NCBI GenBank assembly: GCA_004764695.1
Contig: SMSO01000006.1
Location: 1,007,859 to 1,071,858 of the forward strand
Direction: 5' to 3'
DNA from: Schizochytrium sp. TIO01
Lineage: Eukaryota; Protista; Bigyra: Labyrinthulomycetes
DNA: 64,000 nucleotides
The notes below the pieces were generated by a model that was not told the origin of the DNA, did no database searches, and saw only the letters and a program-made list of their open reading frames with translations. The position numbers were made by a program, and so were the translations under genes. This document shows positions 53,405-64,000 of the stretch, in pieces (positions within the stretch are counted from its first letter, which is position 1; the number at the start of each line of letters is the position of its first letter).

Positions 53405-55156
53405 ATGGTTGCATGGTGGCGTTGGCTCAGTAAAGCTAGAGGTGCTGACAGCAAATATGCTCAGGATAAGGAAAGGCTCAAACACGTTCGAACAGGTGTA
53501 GTGAAGAGCGATCTACGCCAGGTAGTTGATGTTTTTACGGAGCGCGCTGGCCCAATAATCCGCGATCTCCAACCAGGGGCGTATGCATCACTGCGCCAGT
53601 CACAGCTCGACAGTGCCAAGACACTCATCGCCTATGAGAAGGAAACCTTTACTATGGTTTGCCATGTCTCCGTTGACTTCCCGGTGACTGTTCTTACTAC
53701 CGTAGCCGACCCGGAAACTCTGCGTAAATTGCAGCGATGGTGGAAGAGAATTCGCGAGGCTCGCCACCAAGCTGCACTCGCAAAGATTCGGCCCATTCTT
53801 ATGACTCATCTAAAAAAGCGCGTAGAAGCCTGCACAAGGGTGCAGACAACTTTTCGGGCGTGGAATATGCGTCGTTTAGTTGTTTGCGAACAGTGTTCTT
53901 TGAAAACAAAGCGTGGAGCAGCGACTCGCTGCAGCAGGGTCTGTTATCACTTTATGTGTTTTTCTTGCATCAGAAATTTTGTCAAAGACTCGCGACACAT
54001 GAAAACACCTGATCCACTGCAATATGTTTTATCTTGTACGAAACCTGGATGCAGCGAGCGGCTTCCTTTTACACACGCTGAACAAGCTCTCCCATGCGAA
54101 CTTCTCAACGACTATGCCAATAGGTTGCGAGAGGTGTTCTCTATGCTACTTGCAGTGCGTATGGACAAAGCAGAGGCAAGCATCAATCGCATGCGAGTCC
54201 TCAATCTTGTACGTAGTATACGAGCAGCATTTCCGTCAAACTTACGATTGTCTCAGCCTGGGGACTTTCTGGAGATCACACAACAAAAGAATATGGAAAC
54301 GCGTGATATCCTATTCTGGTCTTCCCAGCCGGGCCTTCAATTCAGCATTTTCAACGTTAGTGGACAGGAGCTGTTCTCAGCTAGTTTGGATTCGGACTCA
54401 AAGGGCTACGTCAAGCGTTCGATTAAATCTGCTGTCGGTCGCATTGTCTTGCGAGAAGCTTGGAGTGATGCTTTCATTGGTACAATTCGAGTATCTAGAC
54501 TTCCGAATAAATCGCTGTGTGTAGTTAGTGGTCTCAAAGATCAAGATCTTGAACTTGGGAAAAACATTGATGAGGAAGTGGAAGCTATCGCTGCGACAAT
54601 TCTGCAAAACGCAGCTCGTAGGTTCCTGTATAAGTGTTCACGCACTTGCCCTGTTTGTCTTACAGATGTTCGCTTTCCACAATTTGCCTTGAATCCAGAT
54701 ACCGATACGTGTACTCACGCGCAAATTTGTTGGCCATGTATGGTTAGGTACCTTTGGCATGAAATCAACAGAGGTGTCTTTATTATTGGCTGCCCTGGCG
54801 AATGTTGTCGAGTGCAGATCGATCGATACTATGTCGAACACATAATAGGAAAAACAGGTATGGAGAGAAAACGTGCCATGATGAAAAGTCTTCATGAATC
54901 ACGCATTCTTGATTTGCACAAGTCCAAGGACCAGGCAACTTGGTCCAATATTCTGCAACATCATCGAGTGTGCCCACATTGCTCGGCCTTAATTTTCCGT
55001 TATACAGGATGCTCATCAATGCTATGTGCATGCGGCAGAAGCTTCAATTGGGACCAGAGTGAGGTACAGGTTTCAACAGTACTTGAGAAGCTCCAGAATC
55101 AGAAATCGTGCGCTTCATTGGTTACCAAATCTCAGACGCAAAATTTCATCTTTTAG
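53405..55156 (+). CDS. Atypical RBR-like E3 ubiquitin ligase: IQ-RING ... IQ-RING1-Rcat (no IBR)
   Basis: IQ-like motifs LQRWWKR, VQTTFRAWNMRR and LQNAARRFLYK. RING-like domains at 53885-54052 and 54647-54808. Rcat-like CPHCSALIFRYTGCSSMLCACGRSFNW at 54971-55051. Confidence 0.85.
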   Translation: MVAWWRWLSKARGADSKYAQDKERLKHVRTGVVKSDLRQVVDVFTERAGPIIRDLQPGAYASLRQSQLDSAKTLIAYEKETFTMVCHVSVDFPVTVLTTVADPETLRKLQRWWKRIREARHQAALAKIRPILMTHLKKRVEACTRVQTTFRAWNMRRLVVCEQCSLKTKRGAATRCSRVCYHFMCFSCIRNFVKDSRHMKTPDPLQYVLSCTKPGCSERLPFTHAEQALPCELLNDYANRLREVFSMLLAVRMDKAEASINRMRVLNLVRSIRAAFPSNLRLSQPGDFLEITQQKNMETRDILFWSSQPGLQFSIFNVSGQELFSASLDSDSKGYVKRSIKSAVGRIVLREAWSDAFIGTIRVSRLPNKSLCVVSGLKDQDLELGKNIDEEVEAIAATILQNAARRFLYKCSRTCPVCLTDVRFPQFALNPDTDTCTHAQICWPCMVRYLWHEINRGVFIIGCPGECCRVQIDRYYVEHIIGKTGMERKRAMMKSLHESRILDLHKSKDQATWSNILQHHRVCPHCSALIFRYTGCSSMLCACGRSFNWDQSEVQVSTVLEKLQNQKSCASLVTKSQTQNFIF

Positions 55157-55753
55157 TTTAACAACTCAAGAAATGTTTTAGGGTTCATCAACTTATTTGT
55201 TTGAACTCAGTAGTGTCTCTGGAAATTATTGTTTAGGGAAAGTGAAGACCACATTGACTTGCTGCTTATGATAATAGATTCACAATAAGCAATACATGTT
55301 GTTAACAATTTAAAAAGGTGGAAATATATCAGCACATTCAACAGCGAAATTTAAGCAATTGGATCAATCGAAGAATACCATTACTATACGGATTCCGAGA
55401 TAAGGCGCAGACTACTAGGTCAATAACACTAGACCACAAAAGCAAAGAAGAACTGAGGTAGCCGGAATCGGTAAATTAATCTCCATGCCGTACATAGGTT
55501 CATGGAGTTGAGCAAATTTCGGCTCGTAAAACTTAGCGAATTAAATAGTCGGCAGGTAAATTTTTGTCTCTAGCTAGTAGACCACATTGAAAAGTCCTTC
55601 GGGTGACACATAAAGTAAGGAGTCAACTTGTCTATAGGACCAACAACTGATCTCTCTAGCTATGTTTTTTGCTGTGTCAGTGAAAGCGAGTTTGCAATTC
55701 ACAAAAGTAAAGCTGGGGATCAAGAATTCAGGGTCAGATATTATTTTTTCAAA

Positions 55754-56545
55754 TCAAAGATCCGGAATTGGCACAACCACATGTGTATTCAAAGCATCAC
55801 TGTGGGATCTTTTTGCCTCAGCAGAAACTGGGACATCTTCTTGGTCCAAGTGCTCTGCTGCATGAGAGGAATCCTGTGGCGGCGTCTTGTGATGGTTACG
55901 GTTGTGGTGGCGGTGTTTATGGGGGCTTTGTGTATGGAGTTTACTACGACGGTCTCGAATTGCCGCGATGAAGCCAGGATCGTCAATGGGGCATACTTGG
56001 GCAATTCGTTGTGATCCGTCATCATCGACCCAGCCAATCTTGATAAAGTCGTCATGGTCCTCATCAAGTTCGTCTTCCGCAATTTTTAGGTCTACGAGGA
56101 TAGCAGGAATGCGATATGTGGTCGTTTCGCGAAACAAATGAGTTTGCGCGATCAGGAGATCGTCGCCTGCCGTGACCCCAAGGTATTCATTTTGCACAGG
56201 ACAGTGAACACCGGTGGAAAACTCACGGCGTTTGTATACTCCGTATGTGATAGTGGCAATGCTTGATGTCATGAGCGCAACTCCGATCAGCAAACCTCCT
56301 GCAACAGGCTCATAGACACCTGGGAAGACCCTAAGAAACATGAATAAACCAAGCAAGAGGGGTACAGTGCTGATTCCGAGCCGCAAGTACAGAGCTCTCA
56401 GTTGCTTATGCGCCATCGTTTGGCAGTCCAGACCAGCATGGCTTGGAAATACATCAGCAATACGCGTTTCTTCTCCAAAAATGTCTTTGAGAAAATGCTC
56501 AATGGCAACTCTATCCTCCTCGGGCCTTAGCGTGCCTACGCTCAT
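55754..56545 (-). CDS. Two-TM membrane protein with a cytosolic beta-rich (PH-like?) domain and His-rich tail
   Basis: First ATG at 56545 (aacATG), 263 aa. TM segments LGISTVPLLLGLFMFL and VAGGLLIGVALMTSSIATITYGV, followed by YLGVT..DLLIAQTHLFRETTTYRIP. Confidence 0.8.
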   Translation of the reverse strand: MSVGTLRPEEDRVAIEHFLKDIFGEETRIADVFPSHAGLDCQTMAHKQLRALYLRLGISTVPLLLGLFMFLRVFPGVYEPVAGGLLIGVALMTSSIATITYGVYKRREFSTGVHCPVQNEYLGVTAGDDLLIAQTHLFRETTTYRIPAILVDLKIAEDELDEDHDDFIKIGWVDDDGSQRIAQVCPIDDPGFIAAIRDRRSKLHTQSPHKHRHHNRNHHKTPPQDSSHAAEHLDQEDVPVSAEAKRSHSDALNTHVVVPIPDL

Positions 56546-57642
56546 GTTCGGATGTGGTAGCTTCTCTAGTTCCTCTCGGGATGCTATGAAACGTGTTTTC
56601 GGGCCAGGCGCTGATTTTTGAGTGCTTCTGGGATACAATTAAAGCTTGTTCTTCGCCACCTCAGTGGCTGCAGCCCTAGGCTCTGCCCAAGAGTTTCTCT
56701 TACTGTAACGTTCGCAGCTAGCTGGGTCTTCTGAGAGCCATCACAAATGTGATATGCCTCAACGCGTCAACAGTTTGGGTTTTGCCTCTTCTCACTAATA
56801 GTGCTGCTTTGCTGTTTTGGTATTACTGCGTGAAGAGTATAGATCAGACGCCTCGTTTTTTGCTTGCCTGGTCGTGTTGATTGCTTGCTACCTTGCACTC
56901 TTCACATTCGGGTTTTGCTTGATTTCCCAAATTCTTTGTATGTCTTTCCATCTTACTTCTGCTTCTTCCAGACAGCAATTACTCTTCACTCTTATCGCAT
57001 TGAGTTGAGATCATTGATTGGAAGCTGTAAATAGGAACACATTGTTGTAGGAAGGAGACGAACACTTGCAAACTTCATCATCACCATCATCATCTTGAGA
57101 GTCAGCACTACCTAGGTGCCTCTACCCAGATATCTACGACTGTGCCTGACGATGATCATGAGGGTCCTCGTAAGACTTTACTTCTTACCAGCACTTTGCC
57201 ATGGATGGTAGGAGGTAGTGCAGATGATGAAAATGAACAACAATTACACGAAGTGAGAAGAATGAGAACTCCTTTCAAGTGTTCTTTACAGACGATAGTA
57301 TAAAAACCAAACTAAACAAAACTAAAACACGACATCCTAAAGCAAGGTAGGTACAGGTACGACAAAGTAGCAAGACCAACGACGACTCGTATGGCAAAAC
57401 TACGACAAAACCACTCAAACTCGAAGACGAAGACATCCTTCCTCAGGGGACGCCCCGAGCCCAGCTTGTGTTACCAAACCACGACGATCGAACATCAGTC
57501 GGCATGGGTGAGTGAGTGCCCAGAGAGAACTAAGTTGAACTCTCTTTCGCCACAGCAGAGAACTCAAGAGTGAAAAGAAAAGATGGAACAGTGAACAAAC
57601 AAACTCCAAACCATTCACGCGCTGGCCACTTCAGCGTAGAAG

Positions 57643-57682
57643 AACAAACAAACAAACAAACAAACAAACAAACAAACAAACA
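57643..57682. repeat. (AAAC)10 microsatellite
   Basis: Read directly from the sequence. Confidence 0.95.
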
Positions 57683-60600
57683 CCCAACAGAACAGGCGAG
57701 CTGAGCTCAGCCCAGGAACTCAGCTGCACCTCGAACAAGCACCAGAGGACAGGGAGGAAACACTGGCCGCACGTTCAGCTTCAGCAATTGTGTGCCCGAG
57801 CCAAATCACGTGGCGCAGCAGTTTGCTTGAGATCATCCTTTCATGGCCAGCAATTTGACACTCGGCGGTGCTAGGTAATGCAGCCTCATTCGTCGTGCTT
57901 TGACTTCTATTGCATTTTATATATCATATGCCATTGAATGAAAAATTTATTTAACATTTTTATTTTTTTATTTTTTAAAGTATTATTATTATTGTTCGCA
58001 AATACAAACAATATGAGTAAGCATCTTCGCTACTTTTCATGGCACTAATTGTAATTCGCCTCCAGAATGATTGCTCTGGCGTTCAGGCAGGACCAGCTAG
58101 AGCAGCGGACGCAGTCGTGGCGATCTCGGGGCTTCGGCAGACGACAGGTCATAAGCGGGGCTGCGCCTATCGGCGGCACACCACAAGGGGCGGCTGCCAT
58201 GAAGAAGTGCCGTAGACAAGGTCTGCTGCGAGAACCTCCTTTCGCCAGCTTCGCTTCGTCTCATCCGCTCATCAGGTTCGGGTTTTCGCACGAGCTCGAG
58301 CTGGTGGTACCGGTCAAGAGCGAGGGCACAGCGCCCGCTCTGGTTCAAACGCGAAGCTCCTGGGGTCGCCGGAGTGAATCGCGGTCAAGACGCACGAAAC
58401 GAGCTTCTCACAGATGCTCAGGCGAAAAGTTCGCGCACGTGCAAAGTCATTGCAGCAAGGCAATGCTGAGAGACAATGCGTAGGCCTGCAAATAGAAATA
58501 TGGAGGAATAGAAATATGGAGGAAACCCCTGCCGCGGGTGAGGAGCATGCCTGGCTTCGCAAGGCTCACGCGAGCGAGTTACAAGTCCATCAGCTGATAC
58601 CTTTTGCAGGTGCTTGAGCACCACTCTCAAGATCTCTTCTCACGCGATCCATCCAGCGAAGGAATGAACAATGAACAACGTTGAGTAATAAAAAAGAATA
58701 AGTTTTATGGCTTTTCCTGTGGGCTTTGGAGAGGGAGCGTCACTTCGAGCGAAGCTCTCGCCCTTGAAAGTCATGGCACAGCATATAACTTGGAGGGGGG
58801 AGGGAGCAAAGGTTAGTAGACATTTTGCAGAAGAAACAAAGGGTGCACGCTTCAGATTATTTAAATTCGTTCTTATATTTATTTTTATGTTATGTTATGC
58901 TATGCTATTCCTATTCTATTTTATTTATAATTAACAAAACTTTAAAGTGAGCGAACTACTACTATTGCTTTTTTATTTTTTATTTTTTTAAATTTAATAA
59001 TTTAAAATAAAATAAAATAAAAATTGAATATCCGAGTCATCGAAACTGAAAACATTTTAGTTAATTACAAAATAAAATAATATGTTCTTCGAGTTGTTCT
59101 TCGATTCCAAAACCCAATGATCAGGGAGTTTTCCACATGGGAACCGGAACCGAGCCGCCGCGAACCAAAAAAAGAAAAAGTATATAGGCCTAATTTAAAA
59201 GAAAGTAATAATAATCATAAACGTGTTATTATGATTACTACCATTAGTTTGAAGAGAAAGAAAAAAATAAAAGCGCACCATTAAACCATTCATTAAATAA
59301 CTACCACCAACAACCAATGAGGCGAATGAAAGGACATGGAAACCTTCGCAAAAGGGGCTCCTCCTCCTCCTCTGCTGCTGCATCACTTGGTAGTACCAGC
59401 AGTGAGTGGGGATTTGGTAATACTTGCTCTTAGAGCACAAGTTGATTTTATATAAAAGGCTTGCTAGACAGTACCTACCTGAATAACGTTTTGCAGTACT
59501 CATGTGCTAAGAGGCAACATATAATAATTCACAATTAAATCACGATACTTTAGTACACACAACACACGAGTCTCCTTTCTAAAAGTTATAGGGAGAGCCA
59601 AGATTAACATACGCCAACTTCCCCTCCAGTGCCCGGCAACGGAATTTCGCTGCTGCAATCGATCCTTGTTTCTTCGGTCGCTGCCGGATTGTTTGAAGCC
59701 ACTTGGACAAAGAACTTGAACTCTTTTCTTTTCTTTTCTTTCAATGCCATCATGATAACATGTATTGGTAACCTAGGATGTGCTAGGCCTACATATGTTC
59801 TCTCCTTTCGTTTATTTATAATTTATTTCAAGTTAAAATATAATTATGATCCTCCATCAAATAAAGATCACGACTCACAAGCACTGTGGTCATCTTGGTT
59901 GCCACCCTACTGAGTGGCCGTCCATCTTCGATCCTGGCCGCTCGACTGCCAACCATGCCAGGCCAATTGCTGTAGTGTAGCCCCATCCAAGATTCTCTCT
60001 CGGCCCGCGAAGACCGCGGTGTCCAGTCCTTGCAGCGCTGCCTGCACGTGCGATTACGTGTAGGCAGGCATACTTTCTGCGAGTCTGCACCCAGAAAGCA
60101 GCTGCTCCAACAATAAACAACTAGATGTTCTGCTGCTGCTCTAGTAGTCGGGACATGGGGTTCGCTGCAGTCTCTCCGAATCATAGCTCTTCCGAGCAGG
60201 CTCAGCTTGCATACACGGCACCACGGTGCGCACCGCTATCACCGTCATGCGATAGATAATGCTGCTTAGAATTCCTGAGAAAGGTCTTGACTACTCATGC
60301 TTCTGTTGAGTCTAGAAACCGAGCTGGGCGCTGGGCGCTGACGTTGATGTTCATTTGTTGTGGGACAACGTTGAGCGCAGCCACCTTCACGTGTGGCACT
60401 GTGTTCTGATTGAATTGTGTCTACGAGTTGTCTCTACGTTTTTAGAGGTGTGCATTTCGGGGTAGGCCCAGAGTGATTCGGGGTCTATTATTAAAGGCTC
60501 CTGAACTTGGTGCACACTCTCTGCATTTTGCTTGTAACGCAGCAAAACATATGCCAATGTCTCCTCTTTAACAGTAGCAGAGATACAAGGTTACTACACA

Positions 60601-61501
60601 TCACGTTGTTCACAATTGTGTTACCTTCAGTTCGACGTTTAGCGAGTGGAGATGGCTATTTTTATTGGTTCCGGATTCTCGGGTGATCTTTTCAAGGCTT
60701 CTCTGAAACCTAAAACCAAAAATCAGGTTACGCTAACTCAGGCTGCGATAGCATTTATGTTGGATCCGAGGTAGTGACTAAGCTGACACTGTGGAGAACA
60801 ATTAGTCTGACACTATACATATGTCTCATGACTTCTTAGGAGCTTGTCATAGGATTTTCAACTTGAAGAGTAGATTTTTAATCATTCGTCAGAGCCATAA
60901 AAGTACGGATATGTATAGAATATGTTATTCATAGAGCTTTGGCTTAAGTTTCTTCACCATGTAAAAAATAATTGCTTGACACCTCTGTCTCTAGAGTGAG
61001 AGTGAAATGGCGGCACATTGAGCTCAACAGCGTCTAGTTAGGAACGCCACATAAAGTTCTATTTTTTTTCAAGATACAATGCTATTGTATAAACCTCTTG
61101 CCATGAATTTCATGATTAGGTCTAGTATCTTTGATTCATGATAAATAAAGAGTTTCCTCCATGCTCATCTATTGAAATGAAGGTGAAATCTTGGAGCTCT
61201 GAATCGAGATGTCCTGGATGCATGTCGAACTCTGCGATATAATGCTCCTATGAAGATGGGCAACCTGAGCTACAAGTTTGAGGTCCCTGTAATATTATGT
61301 GAGCCCCTGGCTTGCGTTGACTACGTATAGTAGTGGACGGGACGAAACTCATTCAAATAATTTCCAATTAATTTGTTCTTGTTGGTGCTAGAGATCTTGA
61401 AAACTGTGTACAGAGACTCTTCAAAAAGTTCCCAACAATGACTACCGATGATTTTTTCTTTTCGCTCCCAGTATAGGTAGTAACTTACTCAGCCTAAAAT
61501 C

Positions 61502-62911
61502 TTATTACTTTGATGTTTGTAACGTGATGTGGGCGCAAATTTTCGCCCATGCTGTGACCAGAATAACATTTTCCTGCATTTTGTTTGCAATGTCTATCCA
61601 AAATTTAGGGGGAGAATAGTGAGAGGGGGAGAGGGGGGTGTCGTCGTAGTCGTACATCAAGTTCTGCCAAATACCCTTTGAATGGGTTCTCTCTCAGAAG
61701 ATCCAATATACGCTCCGATTCACGTTGCAACTAAGGGGGGGGGGTCACTTCTCCTTAACAAACTTGGTACAATCTAAAGCACCTTTCATCGTATGTTTTG
61801 TTTTTCTTAATTCACGCAGGAGGATCAATCTAGTAAAAATGTTAGTGTCTAATTTAGAAATAAGATAATCAATTGTTGAGTTGGCTGAACTCAAGATTTC
61901 CATGTCATTCTGAAGTATGTCGACGATATTATTTTAAGCTATCGATTTAGCACCCATGATACTCGTAAGCATCTCATGCGTAGTAAAGTATGGACGATAC
62001 ATGTTGGGGTAAGCATGCATGGGCTCCATCATTAAATATTTTGCCGAGCTTTTATTCTCTTTGAAAAACTGAGCACAATATTCAAGGTTAATAAACTTGC
62101 TTGAAAAATCGTCAGCCTCATCTGTTTTCTTAATGGGGACATCGTTAACCATACTAGGTGTTATCCCTCTAAGACTGAATAAAGTAGACTTATCAGATGG
62201 ACGAATGCCATCATTGTCAACAATTGCAAAGGTCGCATCAGTAAATTGCTCAGGTGGTACTTGTTTCATCACCCATGATAAAGGTTTTAAATCTATTTCA
62301 AATGGCTGGAACATTTCTTGACCTTCTTCTGTTGAATAGATTCACCAAATATTTTTAAAGGCCCCAAAATTCACCTTTTTCATGATGGAAGTACTACGAG
62401 GAAACATTTTCAAAGAGATGATCATTTTACTGGTTAAACACAGTTGCTCGAAGCCATTCGTAAAATCATTTTTGGATACCATGTCAATCCACTCCACGTA
62501 GCATTTTGCAACAAGCATCCAAAATTTTGGTATTCTTTTCAAAAGCGAAGCACTCAAGACCAAACCAGCGATGGTATCCAGTGGAGCGTCTGACATGAAA
62601 ACCTTTAGATCATGTAACACGATTTTAGTGACGAAGTTTTCGAGATAGTCAGTATCTTCAAAGATTAAACACCACAGATGGCTATCAAACGAGGTTTTCT
62701 CCAGGCCGCAACATTCGATAAACAAAGATATCGCAGTTGTGGTAAATCGAATATTTACAAAGAAGCAGCTTACTTCCTCGTCACCCTTGACTCAAGAGAG
62801 TCTAAGGCTCAGCTCCAACTTTATGGCTTAGATCATTTCCTCTATAGTCGATATATCGCAGTCCCTATCAAAACCCTCGTGGACTTTCTTCGCGGCCCTT
62901 GGCATTTCCTA
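61502..62911 (-). pseudogene. Decayed long AT-rich reading frame of unknown origin
   Basis: ORFs 62342-62725 and 61934-62314 are in the same frame, separated by one TGA. The frame continues on both sides with isolated stops at 62909, 62828, 62792, 62342, 61934, 61745 and about 61694. There are only two internal stops across about 349 codons (62791-61745). Confidence 0.65.
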
Positions 62912-63774
62912 CTTTCCCGACTGTCCATACCAAACTTTGAACGGTCCCTAACATCGAAGTTACGCATTCTCCAGTACTCACAGAACAAAGAAAGCCCATA
63001 AAAATGTTTCGCCTAATGTCCAACAGTATATTGACATCAAAGATTCTGCTTCTATGTTCTTGTATATAATTACATTCCCATACGACACTCTTCACACAAT
63101 CTCCTATGTATGTGTTGCCCAGAAATAAATGTATCCTCTTCAAGGACGAAGACCGTCTCTTTCATTACATAGAGTCCATTCCATAATGATAGATAATTAC
63201 CTATTCTTTGCTAAGCTCTTTCGGCCCTTCAACATAATATACATGGGAAAAAAGTATTCCGAGGAATTTACCTCCATGCCTTCGCAAGGTGATCATGGGT
63301 TCTAAGTACCTAGTCTCAACGTACCCTAGGTACTTATTTCGCAATACCTATCTTTACGTAACCAGTACTTAATTGATCAGGAAATTCTCTTAAAATTTTT
63401 AGGCTCTCATACGTGTTAATTATATGGTAAGTAAATATACGGATGAGGATTGATTCCAGCGAAAGGAAACGAGTCCCTATCTGCTATAATATTGGTCAAA
63501 TTCTGACTCCAGATGATTGCATGAAGTATTGGAAAACAGACCCTAACGAAATAATGTGGATTATCCTTGGGCACTAATACGCTAACCCTAAGCCAGACTA
63601 GAGCCAAATTAATCAGGTTACATCTTCCATCACTCCCCAGGAAAGATATTTGATAGACATAGATTTATCTGAATTGTGGCTCATATGAATTATTCTCCAA
63701 GCAACATGACTTCCTTTATGTGAAATCAAAAGATTTGAAGAACATATAACTGCTGACAGACAGATGTCTTGCGA

Positions 63775-63999
63775 CTACTTGTGTTCTGCAAGAGATTTTC
63801 TTGATACATGCTTAGGATTTGTTGCAAGCTTGTGGGGAATCTCTTTAACTTGTTGATGAATGATGCCAGCACTTTCATCTTCGCCCATTTCTTCCTCTTC
63901 CCCGTCCTCTTCTTCAATAGGTTCATCGATAATGAGATGTGTTGGTTCCGGAGGATTTTTGTCACGAGCCAGAGAATATCGAGCTTTAAAAACGCGAAG
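63775..63999 (-). CDS. 3' end of a reading frame entering from beyond the window (acidic tract EEEDGEEEEMGEDE); gene or pseudogene fragment
   Basis: The frame is open from 63999 to the TAG at 63777-63775 and reads LRVFKARYSLARDKNPPEPTHLIIDEPIEEEDGEEEEMGEDESAG... Confidence 0.45.
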   Translation of the reverse strand, partial: LRVFKARYSLARDKNPPEPTHLIIDEPIEEEDGEEEEMGEDESAGIIHQQVKEIPHKLATNPKHVSRKSLAEHK

Positions 64000-64000
64000 A

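Noticed and set aside
58225-58290. Minus-strand CTGATGAG...CGAAA suggesting a hammerhead ribozyme
   Set aside because: Stems I and III cannot be formed around a valid NUH site. The CTGATGA hits near 8385, 9914 and 39359 fail in the same way.

Overview
Eukaryotic, intron-poor nuclear DNA. It is most consistent with a flagellated stramenopile of thraustochytrid type; this is inferred from compact genes, GC-rich islands separated by AT-rich microsatellite linkers, and ciliary coiled-coil genes. About 17 credible protein-coding genes are present. Well supported: PEX6, KIF-binding protein, two-exon APC11 and two-exon RFC2 (both introns reconstructed by hand). Also present: CCDC191-like and outer-dynein-arm docking-complex-like coiled-coil proteins, a stand-alone PA-domain protein, a tandem Ig-fold (CudA/STAT-like) putative transcription factor, a ParB/Srx-like fusion protein, a 1849-aa mostly disordered protein with Tudor/HMG-like segments, a TPR + degenerate GT41 (OGT/SPINDLY-like) protein and an IQ-RING-IQ-RING-Rcat ligase. 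The most unusual observation is that PEX6 carries a C-terminal RBR Rcat/IBR-like zinc module that keeps the GGC Cys and ends in a PTS1-like -KKL. A second gene encodes a similarly truncated Rcat module in an RBR-like protein with no IBR. Two AT-richer gene-poor zones occur: about 5.4-10.4 kb, with a diverged direct/inverted repeat family, and about 61-64 kb, with a long decayed reading frame. I recognised no rRNA, intact tRNA, CRISPR array or intact transposase. All family assignments come from motif recognition without database searches.
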